Shown here: one piece after another, positions 25,905 through 38,556 of the stretch | How positions within the stretch are numbered: position 1 is the first letter of the stretch | Layout of the letters: every line of letters begins with the position of its first letter | Assembly: GCF_006345805.1 (NCBI RefSeq) | Contig: NC_043008.1 | Location: 20,770,001 to 20,834,000 of the forward strand | Length of the DNA: 64,000 nucleotides | Direction of reading: 5' to 3' | Source of the DNA: Octopus sinensis | Taxonomy: Eukaryota | The notes under the pieces: model-generated | Told to the model about the DNA's origin: nothing | Databases searched by the model: none | Seen by the model: the letters and a program-made list of their open reading frames with translations, nothing else | Program-made: the position numbers and the translations under genes

Positions 25905-26920
25905 ACAGAGAAAGAGAGGTAATTCTTCCAATTGTAGTACACATTGTACACCATCACAGCGTCACGGTTTGAGAACTCTCTCAGACATAAAATACAGGCT
26001 AGGAATAAGTTGTCATGTCAATGAACTATCAACGAAAACTCATAAACACACGCAACATAACAATCCAACTGCTTGTAACACTGTAAATTGTTTCAATCCT
26101 GAACAAAACACTGGGTCAGATATAGGGAACAGGATGTCTTCCGATACAACTCGATTTTCGGTTCACATGTTTCAACCAAGATCGCTGGGAAATTTTTTGC
26201 TGCTTTAGACAAATGCTTTCGTAAATCTAATTGGTATATTGCTATTTTTCTTGGAGACAACGTGAAGTTATCCTACACTATCTCTGCTAATTTGGAGCAG
26301 CTTATGCATCGCATAAACAATAGCAGAATGCGACAAAGTTTCAATAACCCACCCACTCTGATCTAGCGAACATACGCATCTAAATACTCACAAAGAAGAT
26401 GTAAACCGCAATGAAAATCTCCGATTATGGTCAAATTGTAATAGAAGAAATACTTATGATACAGCTAACACGGTAACAACGTCAGTAAATGGAGTTCTGA
26501 CTGCCTTATATACAAATAAATACGATAAATGCTTATGCAGAAAAAAATCAAAATGCCCATTGGTGAATCTCTATATGAGTACAAATATTGTATATAATTG
26601 CACTGTGCACACAAGGGGAGGGCCGTATATTTACATTGGGCAGATGGTTGATTCATTTAACAATCGTTACCGTAACCATGTCAAATGCTATAAGACAATC
26701 AATAAGAGACATTCAGCATCTTTGGCCGATTTTGTATGGTGACTGAAGGCGTGCTAACGTTTCTGCCAGCTCGCCGCCTTATTGGTTACGAAGATCGATA
26801 CTCAAAATTTGATGCTTCAACAGAATTTCTATGTAATGACTGCGATATGGCAAACGTTTTTATTCAACAGCAAGTTAAGGTATTACGAGAGCCTAGTATG
26901 AGTTATAACTGCAAATAGGT
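25905..26920 (+). mobile_element. Degenerate PLE (Naiad/Nematis-like) thumb plus GIY-YIG region
   Basis: Translations include STKIAGKFFAALDKCF...VKLSYTISANLEQL, CLCRKKSKCPL...IVYNC...YIGQMVDSFNNRYRNH...SLADFVW and CNDCDMANVFI. It is interrupted by a family B SINE head fragment at about 26745-26780. Confidence 0.75.
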
Positions 26921-27049
26921 ATGGCTTGGCATGTACAGTTCAGTATGCTGATAATTACACCTATATGAAAAGTGCAGTAGTGATGACAATTTGACAATAT
27001 TTAGTATTTTAAATCTTGTGAATTCTGATCCGTTTAAAAATACACACAT

Positions 27050-27436
27050 GGATGAAAGCACTCCGTCGGTTACGACGACGAGGGTTCCGGTTGATCCGAT
27101 CAACGGAACAGCCTGCTCGTGAAATTAACGTGTAAGTGGCTGAGCACTCCACAGATACGTGCACCCTTAACATAGTTCTCAGGGATATTCAGCGTGACAC
27201 AGAGAGTGACAAGGCCGGCCCTTTGAAATACAGGTACCACAGAAACAGGAAGTAAGAGTGAGAGAAAGTTGTGGTGAAAGAGTACAGCAGGGATCACCAC
27301 CATCCCCTGCCGGAGCCTCGTGGAGCTTTAGGTGTTTTCGCTCAATAAACACTCACAACGCCCGGTCTGGGAATCGAAACCGCGATCCTACGACCGCGAG
27401 TCCGCTGCCCTAACCACTGGGCCATTGCGCCTCCAC
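27050..27436 (-). mobile_element. SINE family C, tail type 1
   Basis: Same head and middle domain; tail ends cctcgtcgtcgtaaccgacggagtgc. Confidence 0.9.
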
Positions 27437-28364
27437 ATACACACATACCCGCGCGTGCACGCACATACACACACAACACAAAACAAGATAGGTTTCTGTT
27501 ATCTCCTTTGCCACCCACGCCTCACATCGACATTTCAACATGCGGTAACCATCTAATTGAGACACGCGTGTTCCTCTCTCTTTATTTTTTATCTCTCATC
27601 TATCTTTTTCGTAGAAGGCAAGCACGAAAATTTCTCCAATTTTCCTGAGTATGTATGTATGTTTGTTTGTATATATACCTTTCTGTATGTATGTCTGTAT
27701 GTGTATGTATATATATATATATATATATACATGCATATTCCTCTGTGTGTGTATGTATATGTATATATATATATATTATTTGTGTGTGTGTGTATTTATA
27801 TGTATATACATATATGTATGTATATAAATATGTACACATACACTTACACATATAGTGTATGTATGCTTGCATATACAAAGTGCATTTTGTCATTTTCTTC
27901 TAAATTTCCAATAATTATAAATACAACTTATTTCCTGATGTACGATGAGATCAAACATTTTTTGATAAAGGCAAAAAAAAAAAAAGTTCATTGAAGTTGT
28001 ATTGGAAAATCTACGACCAATCGTTTTATAGACTGTGGTGATGACTCAAAGATCAAAGCTAATGCGATTCAACTGATACTGGAAGCCAAAGAAAACGAAA
28101 GGATAGTCTATAATAACTTTAACATGTGCGATGAAGCATATTTGTTTTAACACGCACATATATCAGCGATGCAGTTTTAATACTTTATTCTTTTTATGTG
28201 TGGACCTAGGATTCTTTTTTAATTTCTTGCTTACTAAGCAAGTGGCACGTGATCCTAATAACTTCAGAGACTCCGTGAACGTTCTTTCTTTACCTATACG
28301 TTAACTAGAGCTGAACCGAACCGTGATAAAAATATGTAACGATCTTTTTTTTTTTTCTATAAGT

Positions 28365-28724
28365 GCAGGGGTAACTGTATAGTAAAAGGTTTCCTTTCCA
28401 AAAACATGGTTCCAGGTTCAGTCACACTGTATAGTACCTTAGGCAGTTGTCATTTACATTGCCACGGGTCGACCAAATCCTTGTGTATGGGTTTGGTAGG
28501 CGGACACTGAAGGAAACCGATCGTGTGTGTGTGTATATCTATATATATATACGAGAAAAAAGCAACAAGAATCCATTCTTGTTGCTTTTTTCTCGTTTAT
28601 AATCACCCCACATTATTGTATGGTTAATACCATATAGTTTTCTGGTGCATCTAAGTTAAGTACCGCATTCAAGTGAATTCATTAGAACTGACTTGAATCT
28701 TAATTGCTTTTACTGTCTATATAT

Positions 28725-28816
<92 letters not shown>

Positions 28817-29060
28817 TCTTTGCGTGTGTGTGTGTGTGTCTTTGTATCTGTGATATCCCACCATCACCGCCTGACATCCTGTACTGGAGTGATTAAGTCT
28901 CCGTAAACAGCAGTTCCAGAAAAGAAACCGATAAAAAAAACAGTGTCAGACTTTTAAGAAAATATCTAGTAGGAGGATCGATTTGTTCGATTAAAATTAT
29001 TCATGGTGGTATCCCATCATGGCTACAATCTAATGACCGAAGCGTGTAAAAGATAAAAAT
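28365..29060 (+). mobile_element. Old SINE family A copy split by microsatellite and an inserted hairpin-containing segment
   Basis: Degenerate head 28365-28522 and degenerate tail about 28830-29060. Confidence 0.65.
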
Positions 29061-30022
29061 GTATTCTTAACTCGATCGCTTTATCTGATGTTTCTTTCCC
29101 TCCCTTAATACTCTATCGTGTGATTTGAAGGAAATTTGCTTCTGAGGTTTTCTTCGACGAACCTCTGCTCAGTTACTGAATAGCTTACTCCCCCCTCTCT
29201 CTCTCTCTCTCTATCGCAGTGTGTGTGTATGTGTGTGTGTGCGCCCTTGTGCATGTGTTTTTGTTGTACAAGTTTCTCTGATCAATCGTGAACAAGATTC
29301 GCTTGATCCAGTCATATTTGATCAAACAGACCAATCAGCAAAATTATTGCAACCATGGCCATTCTTTTTATTGTTTTACAGGCCCTTCGCCATCAACTGG
29401 GTTTGTTTTGGCAACAGTAATAATCACGACAGCAGTCTTCCAATAATTCTTTCATATTCTTTCCTTGTTACTTGATCCTAAGCTATCCTTATCGTCTTTT
29501 AGCTCTCTTCAAATTCCGCGACGGGAATACGTTCAGCTGTATTCTTCTCTTCTGGTTCCAAATAAAGTGTGAACTTTCTTAACACTCTTCTGCTTTTCTT
29601 AAAGGGCATCCTGCACATGCGCCCGGTTATTTGTTGTGCAATGGATTCCTACTTGCTTTCCCCCAGAGATCTTTGTGACTGGCAATATCTTGATGTTTTG
29701 GCGGTTTCTGAGGCAACTGTTCATGAAAGGGAAGAGCGTTCTGAATATATTTGTATGCATTCACGGTGATTTAATGATAAAGCAGGACATGTTTGATGTT
29801 TATTTAAAAAATTCTGCCCTTGTTACATATGAATAGATGGCGTTGAACAGATCAATATAGACATGGAAACGATTTCTGATTTAGGTAAAAGCAAAACAAT
29901 TTTGAGGAAAACGAAATAGTCGATGCCACGAGCCCCATCTCTAGATTGGTAACTCATTTTATCGAAACCGAAATGATGATAAAAGGGGGTGGATTTGAAC
30001 GCCAGAAGAAATACTGACGCAC

Positions 30023-30270
30023 TGACAATTCTGCACATACACCGTCTAAAAAACGCCTTTAAAATGAGTTTGACATTGCACATACACCGCCTTCAAAATG
30101 ACGGTTTGACATTGCACATACATCGCCTTCAAAATGACGGTTTGACATTGCACATACACCACCTTCAAAATGACAGTTTGACATTGCACATACACCGCCT
30201 TCAAAATGACGGTTTGACATTGCACATACACCGCCTTCAAAATGATGGTTTGACATTGCCTTTGCAAATG
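30023..30270. repeat. 36-bp minisatellite, about 6.5 units
   Basis: tttgacattgcacatacaccgccttcaaaatgacgg at 30069, 30105, 30141, 30177, 30213 and partial 30249, with a degenerate lead unit. Confidence 0.95.
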
Positions 30271-30664
30271 TCACCTTGATAAATTTCTCCGCGTATCTAA
30301 AAATATAAATTCAATATATACTTCTTTTTTAAGACACTATGTTATCGTTCGAGATAGATTTAGCTGTTATATCTAGCAATTCGTGTGATTCGCTTGAAGC
30401 TCTGCTGAGAAATCCTTGATTTTGCTGCAATTATTTTTAACCGTTGATGTATCGTTATCGTGTCGTGACTATCTTGTTGTTTGTTAAGATTACAAGATTT
30501 TCAGAAAAGCCAAGACGTCGTACTAAATGTTTTCCGCTCCTTATATTTTCTAAGTTCAAATTGTAGTCGATAAAACAATCATCGTGATTAAAGTATAAAC
30601 TAATGAGCATGAGTATTTGACGAATGCTGTTATACAGTTCTACATTTAAGAGATAAGCAATCAT

Positions 30665-30820
30665 GTACATTATTTACATTATTTACATTCGACAGATATT
30701 TGTCCGCATCTTGTTTGTTGTTAACATAACGTTTTGGCTGATATACCCTCCAGCCTTCTACAGGTGTCTTGGGGAAATTTCGAACCTGGGTTCTCATTCC
30801 TAAGGTATTGTTCGATGTTT
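30665..30820 (-). mobile_element. PLE-type pseudo-LTR fragment with decayed hammerhead (30724-30767)
   Basis: Minus strand reads acac-CTGTAGA-a-ggctg/cagcc-AAAA-cgt-tatgt: stem II is intact but both core blocks are mutated. Confidence 0.4.
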
Positions 30821-31589
30821 ATTGTCCTCATCCTAACTCTTCTTCATAATTGGAGTGGATAGTATACTTTTGCGGTAGTTGTTGCTTAACAGATCGTTAT
30901 TGAGCTTGATCACTTCTTCTATGCTGTTATATTAGTTTGAATGCTGTTTTATTAGTTTGAGTAAAAATAGGATCAGAGTTCCACTTGATATTCCTAGCAT
31001 TCTTAAGCTATTAAAACTATTGCAGAAAATATTATGATGAATTAATTTTCATGCTTGTGCTCCGTGGAGCGTTGTATTAATTTAAGCGGAAATAATTTAA
31101 TTTCAACGGAAATAGTTAAAAGATTGTTGGAACCCCGTTACTAAGAATTACTTTCAAAAGAGATTTTATGAAAACAATATTTATGCGAACAGCGATTAGT
31201 AAAAATCATTTGTTAGAGTTTGTAGAAAATTGAAAGAGAGAAAATGCACTGATAAGGCTGTTTATTGATCTCAGCTAATTGAATTAAAAATGAAAAAGAA
31301 AATATACTGTAAAGAAGAAAATATACCCAAACATTGTATCAAACGTAAACGTTCTTAATCACACGACAAATTTAATTTGACGCCAGATTTGAGAAAATTT
31401 ATTTGTGTCTAAGTGAACCGGGTTTTAATTACGTAAAATGACAAATGATGATTAACCATCCGAGATATCTGAGGAAGTAAGTTGTCCAGCTGAATGATTG
31501 AGATGTCTTCTAGGCAGTTCAAAGGTCAACATCTGTTGACTGACAATATAATTAAGACATAAGTAAAATTTAATAACCACTAAAGTAAT

Positions 31590-32190
31590 CTTTTCTACTC
31601 TAGGCACAAGGCCCGAAATTTTGAGGCAGGGGGCCAGTCGATTAGATCAACCCTTGTACGCAACTGGTACTTAATTCATCGACCCCGGTAGGATAAAAGG
31701 CAAAGTCGACCTTGGCGGAGTTTGAACTCAGAACGTAAAGACAGACGAAATACCAATTTCTTTACTACCCAAAGGGGCTAAGCACAGAGAGGACAAACAA
31801 GGACAGACAAACGGATTAATTCGATTATGTCGACCCCAGTGATTAACTAGTATTTATTTAATCGACCCCGAAAGTATGAAAGGCAAAGTCGACATGGACG
31901 GGATTTGAACTCAGAACGTAGCGGCAGACGAAATACCGCCAAGCCTTTCGCCCGGCGTGTAAACGTTTCTTATTTCTTTATTGCCCGCAAGGGGCTAAAC
32001 ACAGAGGGGACAAACAAGGACTGACAAAGGGATTAAGTCGATTACATTGACCCCAGTGAGTAATTGGTACTTAATTTATCGACCCCGGTAGGATGAGAGG
32101 CAAAGTTGACCTCGGGGGAGTTTGAACTCAGAACGTAAATACCGCTAAGCATTTCGCCCGGCATGCTAACGTTTCTGCCAGCTTGCCACC
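31590..32190 (-). mobile_element. Head-to-tail multimer of family B SINE units
   Basis: Three central domains (about 31665, 31850, 32065) joined at aaagaaattg|gtatttcgtctg and aaagaaataag|aaacgtttacacgcc. Confidence 0.88.
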
Positions 32191-32317
32191 TCAAAACTTC
32201 ATATGATGAATTTAGTCGGACACTGAGCCCTTTCTGCTAATCAATGTCGTAAAAGGGGAAGAATTCATATTAGATCAAGATGACAATTTGTAGAGTTAAT
32301 ATAGAGAAATAGTCAGG

Positions 32318-32850
32318 CAGCAAACCGGTGAAATCGTTAGCACGCCGGGCAAAATGCTTAGCGACATTTCGTCCATCTGCACGATCTAAGTTCAAATTCC
32401 GCCGAAGTCGATTTCGCCATTCATTATTTCGGGGTGGGTCGATAGAATAAGTACCAGTTAAGCACTAGGGTCGAGTTAATCAATTTACCACTTCCCCCGA
32501 CGTTGTTGACCTTGTGCGAGAATTTGGGTCGGTAATTTACGTACTAGTTAGCACTGAGGTCGATCTAATCGACTTAATCCCTTTGTCTGTCCTTGTTTGT
32601 CCCCTCTATGTTTAGCCCCTTGTGGGCAATAAAGAAATAAGAATTTGTAATCAATATAGAGAACTGGTAAGGCGGTAAGCTGGCAGAATGGTTGCCTCGC
32701 CGGGGAAAATCCTGCCAAGCATTTTATGCGTGTGTGCTTCCTCAGTTCATGTAACGCCGAGTTCGAATTTGTCTCTCATCCTTTAGGGGTTGATAAAATA
32801 AGTACTAATTCTATACTAGTGTATGCTGGCTTTGTGCTAAAATTTCAAAT
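32318..32850 (+). mobile_element. Cluster of family B-related SINEs, inverted relative to 31590-32190
   Basis: Heads at about 32318 and 32668; family B tail at 32545-32640. Confidence 0.75.
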
Positions 32851-33539
32851 CCGTATAGACGAATGATGTTCATAGACATGGGGTAGAATGTCACTCGGGA
32901 TTTATTCCTAATCTCTGAGTGCAAATTCCACCTAGGTCTGCATTGCTCTCATCCATCTGAGATGGTTAAATAAAGCAGGGGTGCTCTATTTACAGAATCT
33001 GTTTCTTTCTATCAATTTTCTTTGTGTCGAGTTACTTCTCCACTTCTCTTTCATCATCTATCTTTCTGTTGTGCTGACGCCCCCAGACGATGAAGTAGGC
33101 TAGCCCAATACGTAGATTTAGAGGGAGAAGTCTAGGCGTCGAGGTGTTGAGTAGAGGTCATTCGAACTTGCGATATAACACTTTCGATATATTTTTGATT
33201 TACCGTTATGCTGCTGTGAGATAGGTTCTTTCTCGGGTAACCTTGAAGGGTTCAACATGAAATTGGTTATATCTTCTAATAGAACAAGTGATATATTGCT
33301 GAAATCGACCAAATACAGATGGGTGGGGATTAAAAAGAAAATACTAAAAACAAAAAAATGAACTTAGGAAAGAATGAAGGCAGCTCAAATATTAGCCTAT
33401 GGATGATAAATATGTAATTGATTTGGACAAACGGATGTGAGTATTCGAATTTGAACAGAAGCATTAGATGGAAAAATATAAATGCTGGAGATCAATAAAA
33501 AAATAAATATGGCGATGCACACTCGCGCATATATATATA

Positions 33540-33572
<33 letters not shown>

Positions 33573-33779
33573 GAATGTATGTTTGCATATATATATATAT
33601 ATAGTATGTGCTTGAGTGTATGTGAGTGCGTGTGCGCGCGCGTGTGTGCATGTGCATGTGTGTGTGTGTGTGTGTGTGTTTGTTTGAGTGAATGGATGGA
33701 TGGATGAACGGATAGATAGGTTTATGTGTGCACATCAGCGAGAAATAGTAGGAGTGGGTTCTTTCTAGATATATAGGCT

Positions 33780-34470
33780 AACAACAAATAAGCCAGACTA
33801 ACACCCAATATTCTTTCGCAGATCATCAGCCAAAGCTGCAGTTTTCATCAAGTTGCTGTGAGGTAACAGAAAATATTCTTGCGTATCCAAGAAGCTGAAT
33901 CTACGCCAGTATATTACTAGATGTCATTCTGAAACTTTATAGTCGAAGAACATTGGCAAAGATCATAAATGTACGGCTGCGATTTATGTGTTGGTGTTAC
34001 TGCATATAGCCGGGCCAGTTCTGATCAGGCTGACCAATAAGTAAAGGTCTTCAAACTAGTTTCAACGGATGGGGGTTACATAGGCAACGAACAACTCATA
34101 ACGTTGTGGCTCTACAGTCACGTTCTTTATCAAAAACCGCATTTTCCAGTGTCCTCCCATTTTTAAAACGGTAGAGGGCGGGTTTACCAATAATTTCTCT
34201 GCTATATTTGGCCATGTTGATAAATCTATAGACGCTCTTTCGACGACTCATCTTTGGTTATAGGTTATCGTTATTAAAACAAGATGGATGCGTGTACGTC
34301 GGCGAGATATATTGGGAGCGGGTTCTTTTTTAGATACAGCGGGTTAACAACAAATAACCATGTCCAATTATTTCAGCAATTCACTCACCACGGAAGGAAC
34401 GGATATCAGAAAAGCATCGATATCTCCAAGGGTATTGATATTCATCCGAGAAAGACAGACCATTGAGTAT
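33780..34470 (+). mobile_element. Possible degenerate PLE endonuclease remnant
   Basis: SKKLNLRQYI (linker-like), GCVYVGE and IHPRK in different frames; no continuous ORF. Confidence 0.25.
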
Positions 34471-34567
34471 ATTGTAAATATTCAGTCTGTTTTTTAATAT
34501 TGTCTTTGTAAACATTTATTACAGTGAAATATTGATTTTTATTCAATTATATATAATACATACATAT

Positions 34568-34612
<45 letters not shown>

Positions 34613-34613
34613 T

Positions 34614-34672
<59 letters not shown>

Positions 34673-34709
34673 TATATATAATATATATATTATATATATA
34701 TATATATAT

Positions 34710-34779
<70 letters not shown>

Positions 34780-34834
34780 TATTATATAAATATATATATA
34801 TAGATATATATATGTATATATATATATATAATAT

Positions 34835-35461
34835 GAAAAAACAAGTCAAAATAGAAAATGCTAAGATGATTTTATAGTGAATCTTTCAGTACCGGTTTCG
34901 GTCATTTTGAGACCTTTTCAACTGTAACGATTAAATAATTAAATTTTGAAAATTTAGAAAATTAGAAGAAAGGTTTTTTTAAAGGAATACTTCCATAGTA
35001 GTGTTCAGATATATGTGGCATTCTGCCTTTCTCTGACTCCCTTGTTTGCACTTGTGTATTCGAGGTCGTTGTGAGTTCTTGAGGGGGTGGGAGTGGGAAA
35101 ATCTGGGCTGGTCAGTGGCGACCGGCAGTCGCTGCGTAGGTGTTATACTTAAAGACATTAGTGGGGGTAGAAGGTGGAGAAGTAGAAGAAGAAGAAGATG
35201 ACGGTGCCGATGATGATGACGATGAAGAAGAAGAAGGAGAAGGAGAAGGAGACGATGATGATGTGGTGATGACGATGACGACGATGATGATGATAACGAT
35301 GATGATGAAGAAGAAGAAGAGAGGAGAAGAAAAAAAAAAACAGAGAAGGGAGAATATGAATGGGTGAAGATATAGCTGTTTTGGGGCGATTAGTAATGGA
35401 TTCTATGGAATGTAATATTTGTGTGTGTATATATATTTCTTTTATCTTAAGTTGAGCTATA
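34835..35461 (-). mobile_element. 3' UTR/pseudo-LTR of the PLE, including expanded (GAA)n/(GAT)n repeats
   Basis: Directly downstream of the EN stop on the minus strand; contains the hammerhead at 34887-34924; ends in a (TA)n array. Confidence 0.55.
34887..34924 (-). ncRNA. Minimal hammerhead with U3-A8 core variant, in the 3' region of the adjacent PLE
   Basis: Minus strand reads cag-TTGAAAA-ggtc(tcaaaat)gacc-GAAA-ccgg-TA-ctg. Palindromic stem III ACCGGT; GUA triplet. Confidence 0.6.
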
Positions 35462-37310
35462 TTAATTGTTTGTCGTAGACCCGTTAAGAAGTGGCCTGTA
35501 TTTTATAATAAAGAGATTTTCTTTACTTATTCGTTGTCTCGAGGTTGTATCGTCCCTAAATTGGTAGAGGGGGAAAATTCTGAAGTTTGGTGTTTTTTTG
35601 TTGGCGCAAGTATCTATGTGTTGGCTAAAAGCTATTTTTCTGTTTGGGGGAATTTTTATCTGGGATCTGTGCAGGGCCATTCGTTTACGCAAACCATTTT
35701 TTGTTTGGCCTATGTACTGCTCTTGACACCCGAGCAGGTTAGTGAGTATATTAGGTTCTCCGAAGCACATGTGAAGTTGCTTTTCACTGTAAACCGTTGT
35801 CCCTGTTTGAAGGAGAACTCAGAACCCTCGATTAGATAGTCGCATATCCCGCAATTGGGTCTTCCACATTTTTTTACTGTCGGCTTCTGTGTTGAAGAGT
35901 GAATTCGGGCTTGTGTTAGAAGACTTTTCATGGATCTAGGCTGTCTTTTGCTTTTTATGATCGTGTGTGTTTGGAGGATTGTGTTCATTCTGTGGTCTTT
36001 TTTTAGGAGGGGTATGTTGTGGAGGATGGTGCCGAAGGCTTCGTTATTGAGAGGGTTGTGTGTGGAGATGTATGGTAAGGCTTTTGGTTGTAAGTTTTTC
36101 TTTGATTTGGGATGTCTCAGTTCCTTGATGTTAAGTTGAAGGGCACGTTGAATGCACTTGTCAATAAGTGAAGGTGGATAGTTCCTGGTGATAAGGGTAT
36201 CTTTTAGTTCTTGTAGTCGTGTGTCTCTGGTTTTGCGTTAGAGACTATAGTGCATATCCTTTTTGCTAGATTGAAGGGGATATTCATCCTGTGTGTCTGG
36301 GGTGGCATGAATTGAATGGAAGATATTGCTTAGAGTCTGTAGGTTTATAGTATATGTCTGTTTCTATTATATTATTAGCTTTCTTAATGAGGATATCGAG
36401 GAAGGGAAGTTGTTGCTGGCTATATTCCATCGTGAATTGGATGTTTACGTCCAGCCCGTTTAAAATTTCCTGGAATTCTATGAGTTTTTCTATATTTTTA
36501 TGCCAAAGAATGAAACAGTCATCTAGATATCTCTTCCAGTTGTTTTCTATGTAGATGGAGAAAGGGCTGCCATATCTTTCTAGAACCTTACTTACGATAT
36601 GACTGATCTCTAGGTATCCTATGACTAGGTTGGCAAAGGAGGGGGCCATTCGTGTACCCATCGCAGTCCCATTTTTTGTCGGTAGAAGTTGTCATTGAAG
36701 GCGAAGAAGTTATTTTCCAGGATGAATTAACCCCTTCTATCACGAATTCTTTTTTGATGCGGTGTGGTAGTTCGTTGGCGTGATTCTCTAGCCAGAATTG
36801 GATTGCCTCTAGTCCTAGGTTGTGGGGGATATTGGAGTAGAGGTTGACTACATCGAAGGATACCAGTATGGTGTTTTGGTTTATAGTATTCGTAGGTGAT
36901 TGAGCATATCTAAGTCGTCCCTTATATAGCTTTTGACATGTTTGAGGAGTGGTTTTAACAGGGTGTCTAAAAAGTTACTGAGGCGGTGGGTTTCGCATGC
37001 GGGACCTGCTATTATGGGTCTCAATTTGAGGTCATTAGGATTAGGGACTTTAATTATTTTGTCTGTGGCTATCTTGCATGCGTTGCTTATTTTTTCACTT
37101 TTGTGGATCTTAGGTATACCGTAGGATTGGCTAGTTTTACTTGTGAAATTGGTCATATAATCATATTCTTTGTCGGTGAGCCCTGCTTTGTATGGGTTAA
37201 ATATGGATTTTGTTCCCTCATTATTTTTGTTGACTGTAGTTTTGTGCCTTTTCATAGTATGTTGTATCTTCCAGCATAGAAAGAACCAAAGTTATGTAAA
37301 AAGTCGAATC
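35462..37310 (-). mobile_element. Penelope-like element (Neptune-like), RT plus Cys linker plus GIY-YIG endonuclease, frameshifted and 5'-truncated
   Basis: ORF fragments carry YGIPKIHK, LRPIIAG, MGTRMAPSFAN, WKRYLDDCF, LPFLDI, YKPTDSKQYL-SCHP, CGRPNCGIC and YIGQTKNGLRKRMALH. These are PLE RT and EN motifs in the correct order across several frames. Confidence 0.92.
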
Positions 37311-37312
37311 GT

Positions 37313-37347
<35 letters not shown>

Positions 37348-37348
37348 C

Positions 37349-37388
<40 letters not shown>

Positions 37389-38290
37389 ATATATATATAT
37401 ATATATATATAATACATATATATATTGTTCTCATTGAAAGTTTCAACTATGGTACCTGGATGATAAATATCAAGGAGGTTTGTTACTGATTTATTTAGTT
37501 TTTATTAGAATCTTTGAAATCGGGAATGCTGAGGGGAGAGAAAGAATTATATTGAGACAAAAATAAATATGGCGAGAGACGTGTGAGGTGTGTGTGTGTG
37601 AGTGAGAACGCTGAAGCCAAAGACAGCTGTATATATCTGTGTATGTATGTATGTATGTATGTATGTATGTATGTATCTATGCATGTAGGTATGTATGTAT
37701 GTATGTATATATATATATATGTAAACATACATATATATGTATACATACATGTATATGTATACATACATATATATGTTATATATTTATATAATGTATGTAT
37801 GTATGTATGTATGTATGTAGCATGTATGTATGTATATATAATATATATCTATATATATATATATACATATCTATATATATATAACAATATATTATATATA
37901 TATATTATATATATATATACATACATATATGTATGTATGAAATACATGTATACTTATATACGAGTTGTATCTGTGTGCGTACGTGTGTGTGTCTGTCTGT
38001 GTGTCTGTCTGTGTGTCTGTCTGTGTGTCTGTCTGTCTGTGTGTGTCTGTGTGTGTGTGTGTGTGTGTGTCTGTGTGTGTGTGTGTGTGTAAAGAAACAG
38101 ACGGAGAGAGAAAAAGATCAATAATTCTTCTGTTGTGGAAATCAAACAAAGATATATGATTAATCAGCTATATTTTCTCAAGCTGCAGGCGAAAGACAAG
38201 TCTAGTCTGAATGAAGACAATCCGTTGCTACTCAGACAATATATATACATGTAGAGATGGATACATACATTGATGCATACATACACACAA

Positions 38291-38319
<29 letters not shown>

Positions 38320-38341
<22 letters not shown>

Positions 38342-38481
38342 TAGATACATACATACATACATACATACATACATAGACAGAGATATAGATAGATAGATAC
38401 ATACATACATACATACATGCATACATACATACATACATACATACATAGACAGACAGAGAGATAGATAGATAGATAGATAGG

Positions 38482-38555
<74 letters not shown>

Positions 38556-38556
38556 T
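38320..38556. repeat. Compound (GA)n/(CATA)n/(GATA)n array
   Basis: Direct reading. Confidence 0.95.

Noticed and set aside
27365-27436. tRNA-Arg gene (and similar heads at 15161, 17120, 62800)
   Set aside because: The A/B boxes and anticodon remnant are present, but they run directly into SINE bodies with TSDs and I could not fold a complete acceptor stem.
30069-30260. CRISPR-like 36-bp repeats
   Set aside because: The units are contiguous with no spacers, there are no cas genes, and the context is eukaryotic.
35140-35367. Acidic D/E-rich ORF
   Set aside because: It is a translation of (GAA)n/(GAT)n repeats on the antisense strand of the PLE 3' UTR.
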